Below are positions 1 through 9,879 of a stretch of DNA of 64,000 nt, in pieces. How positions within the stretch are numbered: position 1 is the stretch's first letter; the number at the start of each line of letters is the position of its first letter. This stretch comes from an uncultured Poribacteria bacterium (GTDB taxonomy: Bacteria; Poribacteria; WGA-4E; WGA-3G), in assembly GCA_951813565.1 (NCBI GenBank), contig OX638351.1, positions 1,376,001 to 1,440,000 of the forward strand, in the 5' to 3' direction. A program made the translations under genes and the position numbers. Under the pieces are notes generated by a model. It was given only the letters and a program-made list of their open reading frames with translations, did not search any database and was not told where the DNA came from.

Positions 1-190
1 AAGTCTAAAAAGTTTAAATTTTATGATTGTAATTGGTCTCTACCTCTTCTGCAATTTATTTCAATAATAGCATGGATTCGGATTATTTTCACTATTTTTT
101 TAAGTCTTAATGTGTTAAAATAGTACTGAAAAAGATACGGTTTTTAGTCCATTTTTTGACATTTTCAACGCGAAATGCGAGGAAATTCTG

Positions 191-886
191 ATGGAAGCAA
201 AAATACTAATTGTAGAGGATGAACGCGATATCGTAGAGTTGCTAAGATATAATCTGCGTGAAGCAGATTTTAAAGTTGATGCTGTTCGGAATGGTGCCGA
301 CGCGCTACAACGTGCAGTAGATAATCCGCCCGATCTCATTTTGTTAGACCTCATGCTCCCAGAAGTTGACGGATTAATTGTCTGTCGTCTCCTAAAGAAC
401 GACCCACGCACAAAAAATATTCCCATTGTAATGCTAACCGCAAAAACTGAAGAAAGCGACCGTGTAACTGGACTTGAATTAGGGGCTGATGATTATATCA
501 CAAAACCATTTAGTCCGCGCGAGGTTGTTTTACGCATCAATGCTGTGCTGCGGAGACTCAGAGCAAGTGAGCAGACTGATGAGGAAAATCAGATAGAAAC
601 GCATGGCGTAACAATTGATTTGGATCGGCATCAAGTGTTGACAGAAGTTGGCGCAATTGATCTTACTGCGACTGAGTTTAAACTTATCACGCTATTCGCC
701 CGTTCTCCCGGACGCGTTTTTTCTCGCGATATTCTGATGGATGTTATCTGGGGACAAGAGTATTACGGCATTGACAGGACAGTTGACACACACGTCAGTC
801 GGCTCAGACGTAAACTCGGTGATTTAGGTAAACATATTGAAACTGTGTACGGTGTTGGCTATCGGCTTAAGGAAGAGAAGCCTTGA
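191..886 (+). CDS. OmpR/PhoB-family response regulator
   Basis: Receiver motifs (IVEDE, LLDLMLP, MLTA, GADDYITKPF) and winged-helix C-terminus (RTVDTHV.RLR.KL, ETVYGVGY). Confidence 0.95.
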   Translation: MEAKILIVEDERDIVELLRYNLREADFKVDAVRNGADALQRAVDNPPDLILLDLMLPEVDGLIVCRLLKNDPRTKNIPIVMLTAKTEESDRVTGLELGADDYITKPFSPREVVLRINAVLRRLRASEQTDEENQIETHGVTIDLDRHQVLTEVGAIDLTATEFKLITLFARSPGRVFSRDILMDVIWGQEYYGIDRTVDTHVSRLRRKLGDLGKHIETVYGVGYRLKEEKP

Positions 887-1029
887 TGGTAAGTAATTCC
901 TAAATCTATGGACAAACTCCGATAGGTGCGGGCGTATAAAGTTTTGTCAAAACCTACCCTACAAATGTAAGAGGCGCAATGAATTGCGCGACTACAAACG
1001 CCGTAAATCCAAAGAAATGGAGCCATTTT

Positions 1030-1800
1030 ATGAATTTAAGATTAAGAGACAAAGTTGTCGTTGTGACGGGTGCCAGCCGTGGAATAGGCAGAGCCATCGC
1101 AAACGGCTTTGCCGAAGAGGGCGCACGCCTCAGCATCTGTGGTAGAGACCCAGATACCTTACAAACCGTAACCGAGGAACTCACCGCACACGGTATAAAG
1201 GTATTGTCAAAACCTACCGATGTAACTGATGCTGCTCAAGTAGATACGTTTATAACAGAAACATTGTATCGTTTCGGTAGAATTGATGTTGTCGTTAACA
1301 ATGTCGGTGGAAGTCGGTGGACACCTTTAAACGAGATTTCTGATGAGGAATGGCACGAAATTATCGATCTGAATCTCGTTTCAGCAACGCGCATTAACCG
1401 ACTTGTTATCCCTGCGATGCAAGAGCAGGGAGGTGGCGTGATTCTCATGATTGCCTCTATTTATGGCAGAGAAGGCGGCGGACATATTACCTACAACGCA
1501 GCAAAAGCCGCAGAAATTAGTATGGCAAAGTCGTTGGCAAAAGAACTCGCACCTGACAACATACGTGTCAATAGTATTGCACCGGGGTCTATCCTTTTTC
1601 CCGGTGGCGGTTGGGATCGTCGTATCAAAGCGGATCCTGAAGGTATGAAAGCGTTTGTTGAAAGTGAGATGCCGCTCGGCCGTTTCGGGAAACCGGAAGA
1701 GATCGCAAATGTTGCTGTTTTTCTTGCATCTGAACGCGCAAGTCTTGTTACTGGGGCATGTATCAATGTTGACGGGTGTCAGTCGCGGTCAAATATATGA
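1030..1800 (+). CDS. Short-chain dehydrogenase/reductase (FabG-like)
   Basis: TGASRGIG, NNVG and YNAAK motifs. ATG 1030 follows GGAG; the longer ORF start (979) lies inside a REP hairpin. Confidence 0.9.
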   Translation: MNLRLRDKVVVVTGASRGIGRAIANGFAEEGARLSICGRDPDTLQTVTEELTAHGIKVLSKPTDVTDAAQVDTFITETLYRFGRIDVVVNNVGGSRWTPLNEISDEEWHEIIDLNLVSATRINRLVIPAMQEQGGGVILMIASIYGREGGGHITYNAAKAAEISMAKSLAKELAPDNIRVNSIAPGSILFPGGGWDRRIKADPEGMKAFVESEMPLGRFGKPEEIANVAVFLASERASLVTGACINVDGCQSRSNI

Positions 1801-1979
1801 GGACAATTGGCTGAATCGCAGATTATATGAATTTCGCTGATGCGGATTACTCATAATTATCGGTCGGTGCTTTCTAAACGCGCCGTTTTCTGCCTGAATG
1901 AATCAACGTCAAATACTATACGTGCATTTAGTGTTGATTCATAATCTTGAGAATCTTGGTTCAGACAATAAGTAATGTG

Positions 1980-3743
1980 TCAATCTCGCATTATTTTGGG
2001 ATGTGGGTTATACTTAAGCATCCCATCCGCATCAGTAAACCGCAGATATAGTGCCCACGTCCAACTGTTCTGCTCAACGCTACACACAACCTCGTTCCAC
2101 CCTGGTTTTAACTGACACGGAATCGTATCTGTATCTGGTGTTATACGACGGTAGATCCGTTTTTTATGGATTTCTGTTCCGTTTAGCCACACCGCAACCG
2201 TCTCATCGCTGCCTAACAGAAGAACAGTGTCCATAGTTTTTGGTGCATAGACGTAGGTAACCGCGTATCCAACCACGCCTGTGTTCATGCCGATGTTCGC
2301 GCGAAAATCCAGCATGCCGTTAGTTCTGGTATCAACTTCACGCCAGCGAATTGTTTTACCTTCAATCCCTTTGTAGGTTTTGTTCAGGTTGAGAGGATTT
2401 TCAGGTGAAATCGATGGCACAGTTGTGTTAGCGTCTGTTTTCGGAAACGGACCTAAAACCATATAATGTCGGACAAAGGGTGATGCATGTAATACTCGAT
2501 AAGAATCAACACCAACTTTATGGCCTGTCGCTTGGGTTGATTTACCGACACTTCTCAAGACAATCTGATTATCTCCTTGATTCAGCGGTATAGTGCCGAA
2601 TGTTACCAACGTTCCAGCAATAAGTTCCGGATGGTAGCAATCGTAAGGTTGCCCGATCTTCGTTCCGTTAACGGTGAATTCTGCATGTCCATATTCCGGT
2701 CCGCGAGTCAAAATTGCACTGATTTCATATAGGTTTTTATAGGGAATTTCAATTTTTTGATGAACTGATACGCCAGAGGCTTTGGCATTCAATGCAACAT
2801 GCCCACCTTCAATATCAATTCCTGCATCACGATAGTTTTCTAACTTATACCCCTCCGATTCTTGTTTGACTAACAAGGATATTGCCGATTGTGTATCCTT
2901 TGGTGGCAATTCCCACTGTTTTTCATACCAAAATTGGGGCAGTGTATAGATATCGCGAGCTTCGTTTGTCAGATAGAGATTGTAACCTTCAAAGCAGATT
3001 GCTTCTCCAAGAAAATTGTGCCGCAAAACCCGCGGTTTACCCTGAATCATTTGCGCTAAGTCGCCATCAGTGCTGTGATATACCCAGAGAGAATTGTAGG
3101 TGCAGACAGCAAGCCGTTTCCCGTCCTGTGAGATACCTGCCCCTGTTACTAATTTCGCTTCTGTGAACTCACCGACACGTTCCAAAACCTGTTTCTTACC
3201 GGCTTTCAATGCAGGAAAACGATAAAGCACGGCTTCTGATTGTTCTTTAGAGACAATATAAGGTATGTCGTTAGCGATAAATAGACCTTCCGCATCCACA
3301 TTATTATCGGGATAACGGTACGGATATTTCGCGATGACTTTTGCTTCTGTCTCAGTGTATGGGTTCGGTTCTTTCACAACAACTACATTTAAATCAAATC
3401 GCATTCTGCTATTATTGCCGATGTCGCCAATCCAGAGTTGCCCTTTGTTATCAATACCGAGTGCCTCCCAGTCGAAATTACGTGAGCCGCGTACCTTAAT
3501 TTCCTTGATTAATTCACCATTCCGTTTTGTTGCGTAAATTACCGATGAGTTTCCAGAATCGTTTAGTGTCCAATAGACCCCTTCAAACTGTTTACTTGCA
3601 ACAATACCAGAACTCTCACGTATATCGGGATGTATATACTTGCCGGTAGGTTGCCACGGTGGAGTACCAAATGAGGCGAGATCTTCAGCAGTAGCGATTG
3701 TGGTTGTGAGGATAAAAATAAGTGAGTAAAGTAGAAATTTCAT
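1980..3743 (-). CDS. Secreted multidomain protein (beta-propeller-like N-terminus, carbohydrate-binding-like beta-sandwich modules)
   Basis: Signal peptide; ESSG...WTLNDSG...DWE motifs; C-terminal 'LLLGSDE..VWLNG' module. Confidence 0.6.
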   Translation of the reverse strand: MKFLLYSLIFILTTTIATAEDLASFGTPPWQPTGKYIHPDIRESSGIVASKQFEGVYWTLNDSGNSSVIYATKRNGELIKEIKVRGSRNFDWEALGIDNKGQLWIGDIGNNSRMRFDLNVVVVKEPNPYTETEAKVIAKYPYRYPDNNVDAEGLFIANDIPYIVSKEQSEAVLYRFPALKAGKKQVLERVGEFTEAKLVTGAGISQDGKRLAVCTYNSLWVYHSTDGDLAQMIQGKPRVLRHNFLGEAICFEGYNLYLTNEARDIYTLPQFWYEKQWELPPKDTQSAISLLVKQESEGYKLENYRDAGIDIEGGHVALNAKASGVSVHQKIEIPYKNLYEISAILTRGPEYGHAEFTVNGTKIGQPYDCYHPELIAGTLVTFGTIPLNQGDNQIVLRSVGKSTQATGHKVGVDSYRVLHASPFVRHYMVLGPFPKTDANTTVPSISPENPLNLNKTYKGIEGKTIRWREVDTRTNGMLDFRANIGMNTGVVGYAVTYVYAPKTMDTVLLLGSDETVAVWLNGTEIHKKRIYRRITPDTDTIPCQLKPGWNEVVCSVEQNSWTWALYLRFTDADGMLKYNPHPKIMRD

Positions 3744-3830
3744 ATATCGGCAATTCCTTGAATGGTCATGATTTTAATGTCATAAAGTATAACATATCCA
3801 ATCCCATCCGTCAAAACATTACAAGCAATT

Positions 3831-3926
3831 GGGTGTGTAAATATTTGGTTATATAGGTTCAATTTGCAATGATTACGCGGCGTTTTCCACTGTAGAGGCG
3901 GATTTCTACAAAAACTTTACACACCC
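3831..3926. mobile_element. 96-bp ISKra4-type MITE
   Basis: Ends GGGTGTGTAAA...AAAAACTTTACACACCC match the termini of the ISKra4 elements at 30504-33420; no ORF inside. Confidence 0.75.
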
Positions 3927-4013
3927 CTTTAGAACAACAAATCTTGCCATTACACCACAAATATGTTAAAATTACCATAAATCAGTCTATAGTCCAAAAG
4001 AGTTTAGCAGAAA

Positions 4014-4370
4014 ATGGGAAATGCCTTTAAAAAAGCCGTAATCGTATTCATCGGATTTATTGTCATTTTGGTGGGTATCTTAATCGTTGTCATCCAACGT
4101 TATTCACAATACGGTTCAATCCCAGATACGATGGAGATGGTAGACTTTAAAGGGATTCTCTTAGCGTTTTTAGGGGCAGCAATCCTGAGTCTAATTAGCG
4201 TTGTCCTCACCTTCAACTTGGCACGGACATGGGTAAAGGAACAACCGGAATTAGCAGAACGAATCTTTCGACACGCTTTAATAATCAACATCAGTCTTAT
4301 CATCATATTTGGTGGTTTAGCGGGTGGGATTATCATTTTACGGACTTTATGGACGATTGGCTATTTTTAG
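4014..4370 (+). CDS. Small membrane protein (about 3 TM helices), unknown function
   Basis: Three hydrophobic segments in 118 aa. Confidence 0.7.
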   Translation: MGNAFKKAVIVFIGFIVILVGILIVVIQRYSQYGSIPDTMEMVDFKGILLAFLGAAILSLISVVLTFNLARTWVKEQPELAERIFRHALIINISLIIIFGGLAGGIIILRTLWTIGYF

Positions 4371-4617
4371 TTTGCATTTGTGTTAGAAATGTGCTATAAT
4401 ATCTTAAATTAGTATTTGAACGAAACATTTCCGACACTGTTTTAGCAAGTGTTAGCATTTTGTAAGGCACGGTTTATTGTAATACAAGTACACATAATGT
4501 TCGGTGAATTTTAGCCATGTGTGGGAAAGGGATGTTGATTTTGCTTACAAAACCTTACTAATTTGTAGCCTGCACAACCGCTAATTGAGAACCAGCCACA
4601 ACTTGGAGGTGTGAAAA

Positions 4618-5163
4618 ATACACTATAGAGGTAAACGCACGCAGAAACCACGGGAAAGAAAAAGTCGTTCGAATTATCAGATTCGAGCTAAAGAGATTTT
4701 GCTTATTGATCATGAAAACAAGCAGATCGGTGTGATGACTCCGCGCGAAGCGATGGAACGTGCTGAAGAAGTCGGGTTGGACTTGGTCGAAGTTTCTCCG
4801 AATGCTGACCCTCCCGTTTGTAAGATAATGGACTATGGAAAGTATCAGTACGAAAAGAACAAACGTGAGCGAGAGGCTCGAAAGAAGCAAACAAAGATCG
4901 TTCTGAAAGAGATTCAATTCCGCCCTGATACAGCCGAGCATGATTATCAATTCAAGAAGCGCCACGTTGAAGACTTCTTGAAAAATGGATGGAAGGTGAG
5001 AGCAACAGTACGTTTCCGAGGTAGGGAGATGCTGCATACGGAGTTAGGCAGAAACATGCTTGCTCGATTAGAAAAGGATGTTGCTGAAATTGCAGAGGTT
5101 GAACAACCACCTAAGATGGAAACACGCACTATGTCCATGCTTTTGATGCCGAAATCTTCGTAA
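4618..5163 (+). CDS. infC: Translation initiation factor IF-3 (ATA start)
   Basis: IF3 motifs (NYQIRAKEILLID, DLVEVSPNADPPVCKIMDYGKY, FRGRE). Frame is open back to ATA 4618, with in-frame TGA at 4612 and SD GGAGGT at 4605-4610. Confidence 0.95.
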   Translation: MHYRGKRTQKPRERKSRSNYQIRAKEILLIDHENKQIGVMTPREAMERAEEVGLDLVEVSPNADPPVCKIMDYGKYQYEKNKREREARKKQTKIVLKEIQFRPDTAEHDYQFKKRHVEDFLKNGWKVRATVRFRGREMLHTELGRNMLARLEKDVAEIAEVEQPPKMETRTMSMLLMPKSS

Positions 5164-5351
5164 CTAAAGGTTTTTGTTGCAGGTATATGGCAAATCGTGT
5201 TCTCTTACGATTTGATGGCTTTTTGAAAGAGAATATCGTATGCGTGGAGATAGCGATTCTCCAAGTTGATTTTGTGCGTCTATGCCTACCTTTCGCTGAA
5301 AAAACCTCCAATAAAGTTCGTTAGATAAGCCATCAACAGAAGGATATTGTA

Positions 5352-5543
5352 ATGCCGAAAATTAAAACACATAAGGGCGCAGCAAAACGTTTTAAATTTA
5401 CTGCAAAAGGGAAGATCCGCCGCAATCGTGCGTATGCGGGGCACCTTTTTATCTCAAAATCCTCAAAACGGAAGCGTCGTTTAAGACAAAGCACGCTGGT
5501 AGATCCAAGTAATGAAAAACGTTTGAAACGTCTAATTTATTAG
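5352..5543 (+). CDS. rpmI: 50S ribosomal protein L35
   Basis: MPKIKTHKGAAKRFK signature; operon position. Confidence 0.97.
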   Translation: MPKIKTHKGAAKRFKFTAKGKIRRNRAYAGHLFISKSSKRKRRLRQSTLVDPSNEKRLKRLIY

Positions 5544-5552
5544 GAGTTCAGA

Positions 5553-5900
5553 ATGGCACGAGTAAAAACAGGGAATGTCCGTCGGAAACGGCGGAAACGG
5601 ATACTAAAGCACTCCAAAGGGTATCGCGGTGGACGTAACAACTTGAGACGTACCGCTATGGAGGCGGTTGAGAAGGGTTGGAATCACGCTTATGCACATA
5701 GACGTGCGCGAAAACGTGATTTTAGACGACTTTGGATTGTGCGTATTAATGCTGCCGCAAGACTACACGGACTTACATATAGCCGTTTTATGCACGGACT
5801 CAAAACAGCTGGTGTTGAGTTGGATAGGAAAGTCCTTGCCGATATTGCTGTGCATGATGCTGCAGGGTTTGGTCAACTTGCCGCCCTTGCCAAAGGGTAA
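5553..5900 (+). CDS. rplT: 50S ribosomal protein L20
   Basis: MARVK...KGYRG...[16 protein letters not shown]...DRKVLADIA. Confidence 0.98.
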   Translation: MARVKTGNVRRKRRKRILKHSKGYRGGRNNLRRTAMEAVEKGWNHAYAHRRARKRDFRRLWIVRINAAARLHGLTYSRFMHGLKTAGVELDRKVLADIAVHDAAGFGQLAALAKG

Positions 5901-5939
5901 GTTATACCGATACATTTGCCAATTAGATATTACATTATT

Positions 5940-6183
5940 AGAAGGTGATGAAGGGACACAGTAAGCCGTTGAGACCTCTCAACAAGAGAGACCACGCCAT
6001 CGGTTGGAAGCGCGGTTTTGAGAGCAACTGCCGAATTTCATTCTGGAGCCGATAAAAAATAATGAAGCGGACAGATTTCACAATCTGTCAAGCGGGGTGG
6101 TACCGCGGAAGTAGATGCCTATCGCTTTCGTCCCCATAAGGAATTAACCTTTATGGAGCGAAGTGATGGGTGTTATTTTTTTA
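5940..6183 (+). promoter_or_regulatory. T-box riboswitch (Phe specifier) with terminator/antiterminator
   Basis: AGAGA box and GGTTGGAA stem-I motifs; GAA-T-TTC-A specifier (TTC 6037-6039); T-box GGGTGGTACCGCG 6095-6107; antiterminator partner CGTCCCC; terminator hairpin plus T-run before pheS. Confidence 0.92.
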
Positions 6184-6193
6184 AGAGGCAACT

Positions 6194-7210
6194 ATGAAAA
6201 CAGAATTAGAAGCGATTCAAGCAGAAGCTCTTGAGGCTTTGAAAGCAGTAAAATCTTCAGACGCGCTTGAATCGCTCAAAATAACATATTTTGGACGCAA
6301 GGGAAAGTTGACAGATGTTATGAAAGGAATGGGACAACTTTCGAATGAGGAGCGTCCGATAATTGGAAAACTTGCTAACGATGTGCGAACCACGCTAACC
6401 GAAGCGTTTGAAGAAACAAAGAACGTACTGGATAGCCAACAACAGGAACTGCAACTTGAGGCAGAATCAATTGACATAACACTTCCCGGACGAAAACCTG
6501 CGTATGGGAAAGCGCATCCGGTGATGCAAACGTTGGAACGGATTGAAGCGATCTTCACGCAAATGGGTTTTCAGATTGTGACAGGACCGGAAGTTGAGAC
6601 GGAACATTACAATTTTGACGCACTCAATACACCTCCCGACCATCCCGCGCGCGATTTACATGATACATTCTACTTAACGGACGGACATCTGTTGCGCACC
6701 CATACTTCTCCTGTCCAAATTCGCGTGATGGAGAACCAGAAACCGCCAGTACGTATTATTGTGCCGGGGAAGGCGTATCGTGTAGATTACGATGTCTCCC
6801 ATACACCAATGTTTCACCAAGTCGAAGGACTGCTTGTGGATAGGCATGTTACCTTCAGCGAATTGAAGGGCATGTTGGTATCCTTTGCGCGGCAGATGTT
6901 TGGTGATCAGACACAGATGCGTTTCCGTCCACACTTTTTCCCTTTTACAGAACCGAGTGCGGAGGCTGATATTTCTTGTACTGTGTGTCGTGGTAAGGGG
7001 TGTCGCAGTTGCGGACACACCGGTTGGATTGAAATCTTGGGCGCAGGTGCTGTTGACCCAGAAGTGTTCCGTGCTGTTAACTATGACCCAGAGGAGGTTA
7101 CTGGTTTTGCTTTTGGTATGGGGGTAGAGCGAATTGCAAACCTCCAGTTCCGCATACCGGATATCCGTACCTTCTATGAAAACGATCTCCGTTTCTTGCA
7201 GCAGTTTTAA
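6194..7210 (+). CDS. pheS: Phenylalanine-tRNA ligase alpha subunit
   Basis: HPARDLHDTFY, LRTHTSPVQ, FPFTEPS, GFAFGMGVER motifs. Confidence 0.99.
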   Translation: MKTELEAIQAEALEALKAVKSSDALESLKITYFGRKGKLTDVMKGMGQLSNEERPIIGKLANDVRTTLTEAFEETKNVLDSQQQELQLEAESIDITLPGRKPAYGKAHPVMQTLERIEAIFTQMGFQIVTGPEVETEHYNFDALNTPPDHPARDLHDTFYLTDGHLLRTHTSPVQIRVMENQKPPVRIIVPGKAYRVDYDVSHTPMFHQVEGLLVDRHVTFSELKGMLVSFARQMFGDQTQMRFRPHFFPFTEPSAEADISCTVCRGKGCRSCGHTGWIEILGAGAVDPEVFRAVNYDPEEVTGFAFGMGVERIANLQFRIPDIRTFYENDLRFLQQF

Positions 7211-7267
7211 TAGTAGCGGGCATTCTTGTAGGAGGGGTTTGTAACCCCGATTTTTAAGGACTTATCT

Positions 7268-9694
7268 ATGAACGTAACCCTAAATTGGCTAAAGACCTAT
7301 ATCGATTTTGATTTTTCTCCAGATCAACTCGCGGAAAGATTAACGATGTTAGGCATTGAAGTTGAATCTGTCAAACAGCTCGGCGCAGCGTTAGAAGGCG
7401 TAGTTGTCGGCAAAGTAACTTCCATCAGACCACATCCAAATGCTGATAAACTTGTGCTTTGTCAGGTAGATATTGGTGAGACGGACGCACTTCAGATTGT
7501 TTGCGGTGCGCCGAACGTGTGTGAAGGAATGTTTGCACCTGTCGCAACAATCGGCACAGAATTACTGACCGGTATTACAATCAAACGTGCTAAATTGCGT
7601 GGAGAAGAATCGCACGGTATGCTCTGTTCAGAGAAAGAGTTGGGTTTAGCGGCGCAGCTTGCAAGCGCATATTCTAAGTCTGATGAAGCCGCAGGACTCA
7701 TGGAATTATCTTCTGATTTATCCATTGGCTCGTCACTTACTGAAGCGTTAGGTTTAGACGATGTGGTATTTGAATTAGAGATAACACCGAACCGTCCGGA
7801 CTGTCTCAGTATGATGGGTGTTGCCCGCGAAATACGCGCTGAAACAGGTAACGACTTGAAATTGCCACAAATTGACCTACAAGAAAGTGAAGCGGACATA
7901 AACAAACGGACATCCGTAACAATTGATGCGCCTGAATTGTGCCCACGTTATGCAGCGCGTGTAATCCGTGGTGTTAAGATCGGGGAATCGCCTACATGGC
8001 TAAAACAGCGGCTTGAATCTATCGGTGTAGGTGTTATTAACAATATCGTGGATGTTACTAACTTTGTCTTGATGGAATATGGGCAACCGCTGCACGCCTT
8101 TGATTATCACAAACTTGCTGAAAATCGTATTGTCGTGCGCTGTGCAGCAGAAGGCGAACAGATTACAACGCTTGATGAAGAGGAACGCAACCTGACTCCC
8201 GATATGTTAGTTATCGCAGATGCAGAAAAGCCTGTGGCACTTGCAGGGATTATGGGTGGCTATGACTCTGAAATCACTGAGACAACATGTGATGTGCTAC
8301 TGGAAAGCGCCAATTTCCAACCGTCAAGCGTCCGAGCAACCGCAAAAGCATTGGGAATACACACTGAGGCATCATATAGATTTGAACGTGGTGCGGATCC
8401 GGAGGCTGTTATTCCCGCGCTTGACCGTGCAGCACAAATGATTGTGGAATTAGCAGGCGGCACCGTCTGTAAAGGTATTATCGATGTCTATCCGGGTAAA
8501 AGTGAACTACTACAGATTCAACTTCGTTCCGAACGCGCCAATTTCATATTGGGAACCACGCTTGAAGCAGATGAGATAAAACAGATTTTAAGTCGGTTAG
8601 GGTTTGGTGTGGAAGCATTACAATCAGAGGAAAATGTCTATCAGGTCACCGTCCCATCGTTCCGATCAGATATTACACGTGAAATTGATCTGATTGAAGA
8701 AATTGCACGTGTCCACGGTTATGATAACATCCCGACAACGCTACCAAAGGGCGACATTCCTATCCCCGTGCCAAACATCTCAGCAGAAGTTCGTAAACGG
8801 ACAAAGCATTTCCTACTTGGATCCGGCATGATGGAGGCTATCAATTATAGTTTCAGCCATCCAAACTGTTTTGATAGGATACGGTTAACAGCAGGCAATC
8901 CGCTTCGCCAAGCACTACAACTGAAAAACCCGTTGAGTCCAGAGATGTCAGTACTTCGCACTACGTTGTTGCCGAGTCTGCTTAATAATGCACAGCACAA
9001 TCACAATCATCAGATAAATAATATTGCATTCTTTGAACTGTCTACCGTGTTCATCCAAGGCAAAGAGCCAGAACGCATTGCTGGTATCCTTGCAGGGGAG
9101 ATTGGCGGTGGTGTCTACGGCAATCCGTATCGTCATCCAGACTTCTTTGACGTTAAGGGTATTGTTGAAAGTATGCTTGAAGTCTGCGGTATTACCGATT
9201 ATTCGTTTAAGAAAACGGAAGATCCAACTTTCCACCCAGGTCGTAACGCAGAGGTGTTGTTGGATAAAAAACGCATCGGTATCCTTGGAGAGGCACACCC
9301 GAAAGTGCTGGAAAGTTATGAGTTGCCTTACAAAGCGTATCTCTTTGAACTTGACCTTGAAGCATTAGCGGGCGCAGCCGATTTTTCCAAACGTTTTGAA
9401 CCGATCCCAATCTATCCCAGCGTGCTACGTGATCTCGCCATTGTTGTAGATAAAAATATGCAGTCGGATGTGCCGATAGCGTTTATCTATTCCACAGGGG
9501 GAGAATTGGTTGAATCGGTCCGACTCTTTGACGTATACGTTGGGGATCAGGTGCCGGAAGGTAAAAAGAGTCTTGCTTACACGATCACATATCACTCTGC
9601 AACTGAAACCTTGACGGATAAAGCGGTTAACGATCTCCACGACAAGGTTGTCAAACGACTGAATCAAGAACTTGGTGCAGAGTTAAGAATGTAA
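7268..9694 (+). CDS. pheT: Phenylalanine-tRNA ligase beta subunit
   Basis: HPNADKL, IVCGAPN, TPNRPDCLS, GQPLHAFD, RFERG, DLIEEIAR and C-terminal FDX-ACB domain. Confidence 0.99.
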   Translation: MNVTLNWLKTYIDFDFSPDQLAERLTMLGIEVESVKQLGAALEGVVVGKVTSIRPHPNADKLVLCQVDIGETDALQIVCGAPNVCEGMFAPVATIGTELLTGITIKRAKLRGEESHGMLCSEKELGLAAQLASAYSKSDEAAGLMELSSDLSIGSSLTEALGLDDVVFELEITPNRPDCLSMMGVAREIRAETGNDLKLPQIDLQESEADINKRTSVTIDAPELCPRYAARVIRGVKIGESPTWLKQRLESIGVGVINNIVDVTNFVLMEYGQPLHAFDYHKLAENRIVVRCAAEGEQITTLDEEERNLTPDMLVIADAEKPVALAGIMGGYDSEITETTCDVLLESANFQPSSVRATAKALGIHTEASYRFERGADPEAVIPALDRAAQMIVELAGGTVCKGIIDVYPGKSELLQIQLRSERANFILGTTLEADEIKQILSRLGFGVEALQSEENVYQVTVPSFRSDITREIDLIEEIARVHGYDNIPTTLPKGDIPIPVPNISAEVRKRTKHFLLGSGMMEAINYSFSHPNCFDRIRLTAGNPLRQALQLKNPLSPEMSVLRTTLLPSLLNNAQHNHNHQINNIAFFELSTVFIQGKEPERIAGILAGEIGGGVYGNPYRHPDFFDVKGIVESMLEVCGITDYSFKKTEDPTFHPGRNAEVLLDKKRIGILGEAHPKVLESYELPYKAYLFELDLEALAGAADFSKRFEPIPIYPSVLRDLAIVVDKNMQSDVPIAFIYSTGGELVESVRLFDVYVGDQVPEGKKSLAYTITYHSATETLTDKAVNDLHDKVVKRLNQELGAELRM

Positions 9695-9730
9695 TACCAT
9701 TTCTGAATAATTGCTTTTTGTTAACAAAAA

Positions 9731-9866
9731 CGCGTTTGTAGTCGCGCAATTCATTGCGCCTCGGACATTTACTCTCAGATTTGTGGTTAGCAGACTCACG
9801 CGTTTGTAGTCGCGCAATTCATTGCGCCTCGGACATTTACTCTCAGATTTGTGGTTAGCAGACTCA
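9731..9866 (+). repeat. Exact 68-bp tandem duplication, each unit with a GTAG REP hairpin
   Basis: 9731-9798 equals 9799-9866; core GTAGTCGCGCAATTCATTGCGCC. Confidence 0.9.
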
Positions 9867-9879
9867 GTTAAAAACTATT

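Noticed and set aside
191..886. Naming the regulator phoB
   Set aside because: No adjacent kinase or pst genes in the window; only a family-level call is supported.
4400..4600. Bacillus-type L20 leader before infC
   Set aside because: Some pairing (TTTTGTAAG / CTTACAAAA) but no clear terminator or recognisable consensus by eye.
9731..9866. Possible mini-CRISPR array
   Set aside because: The two units are wholly identical, so there are no unique spacers; no cas genes; the core is a dispersed REP.
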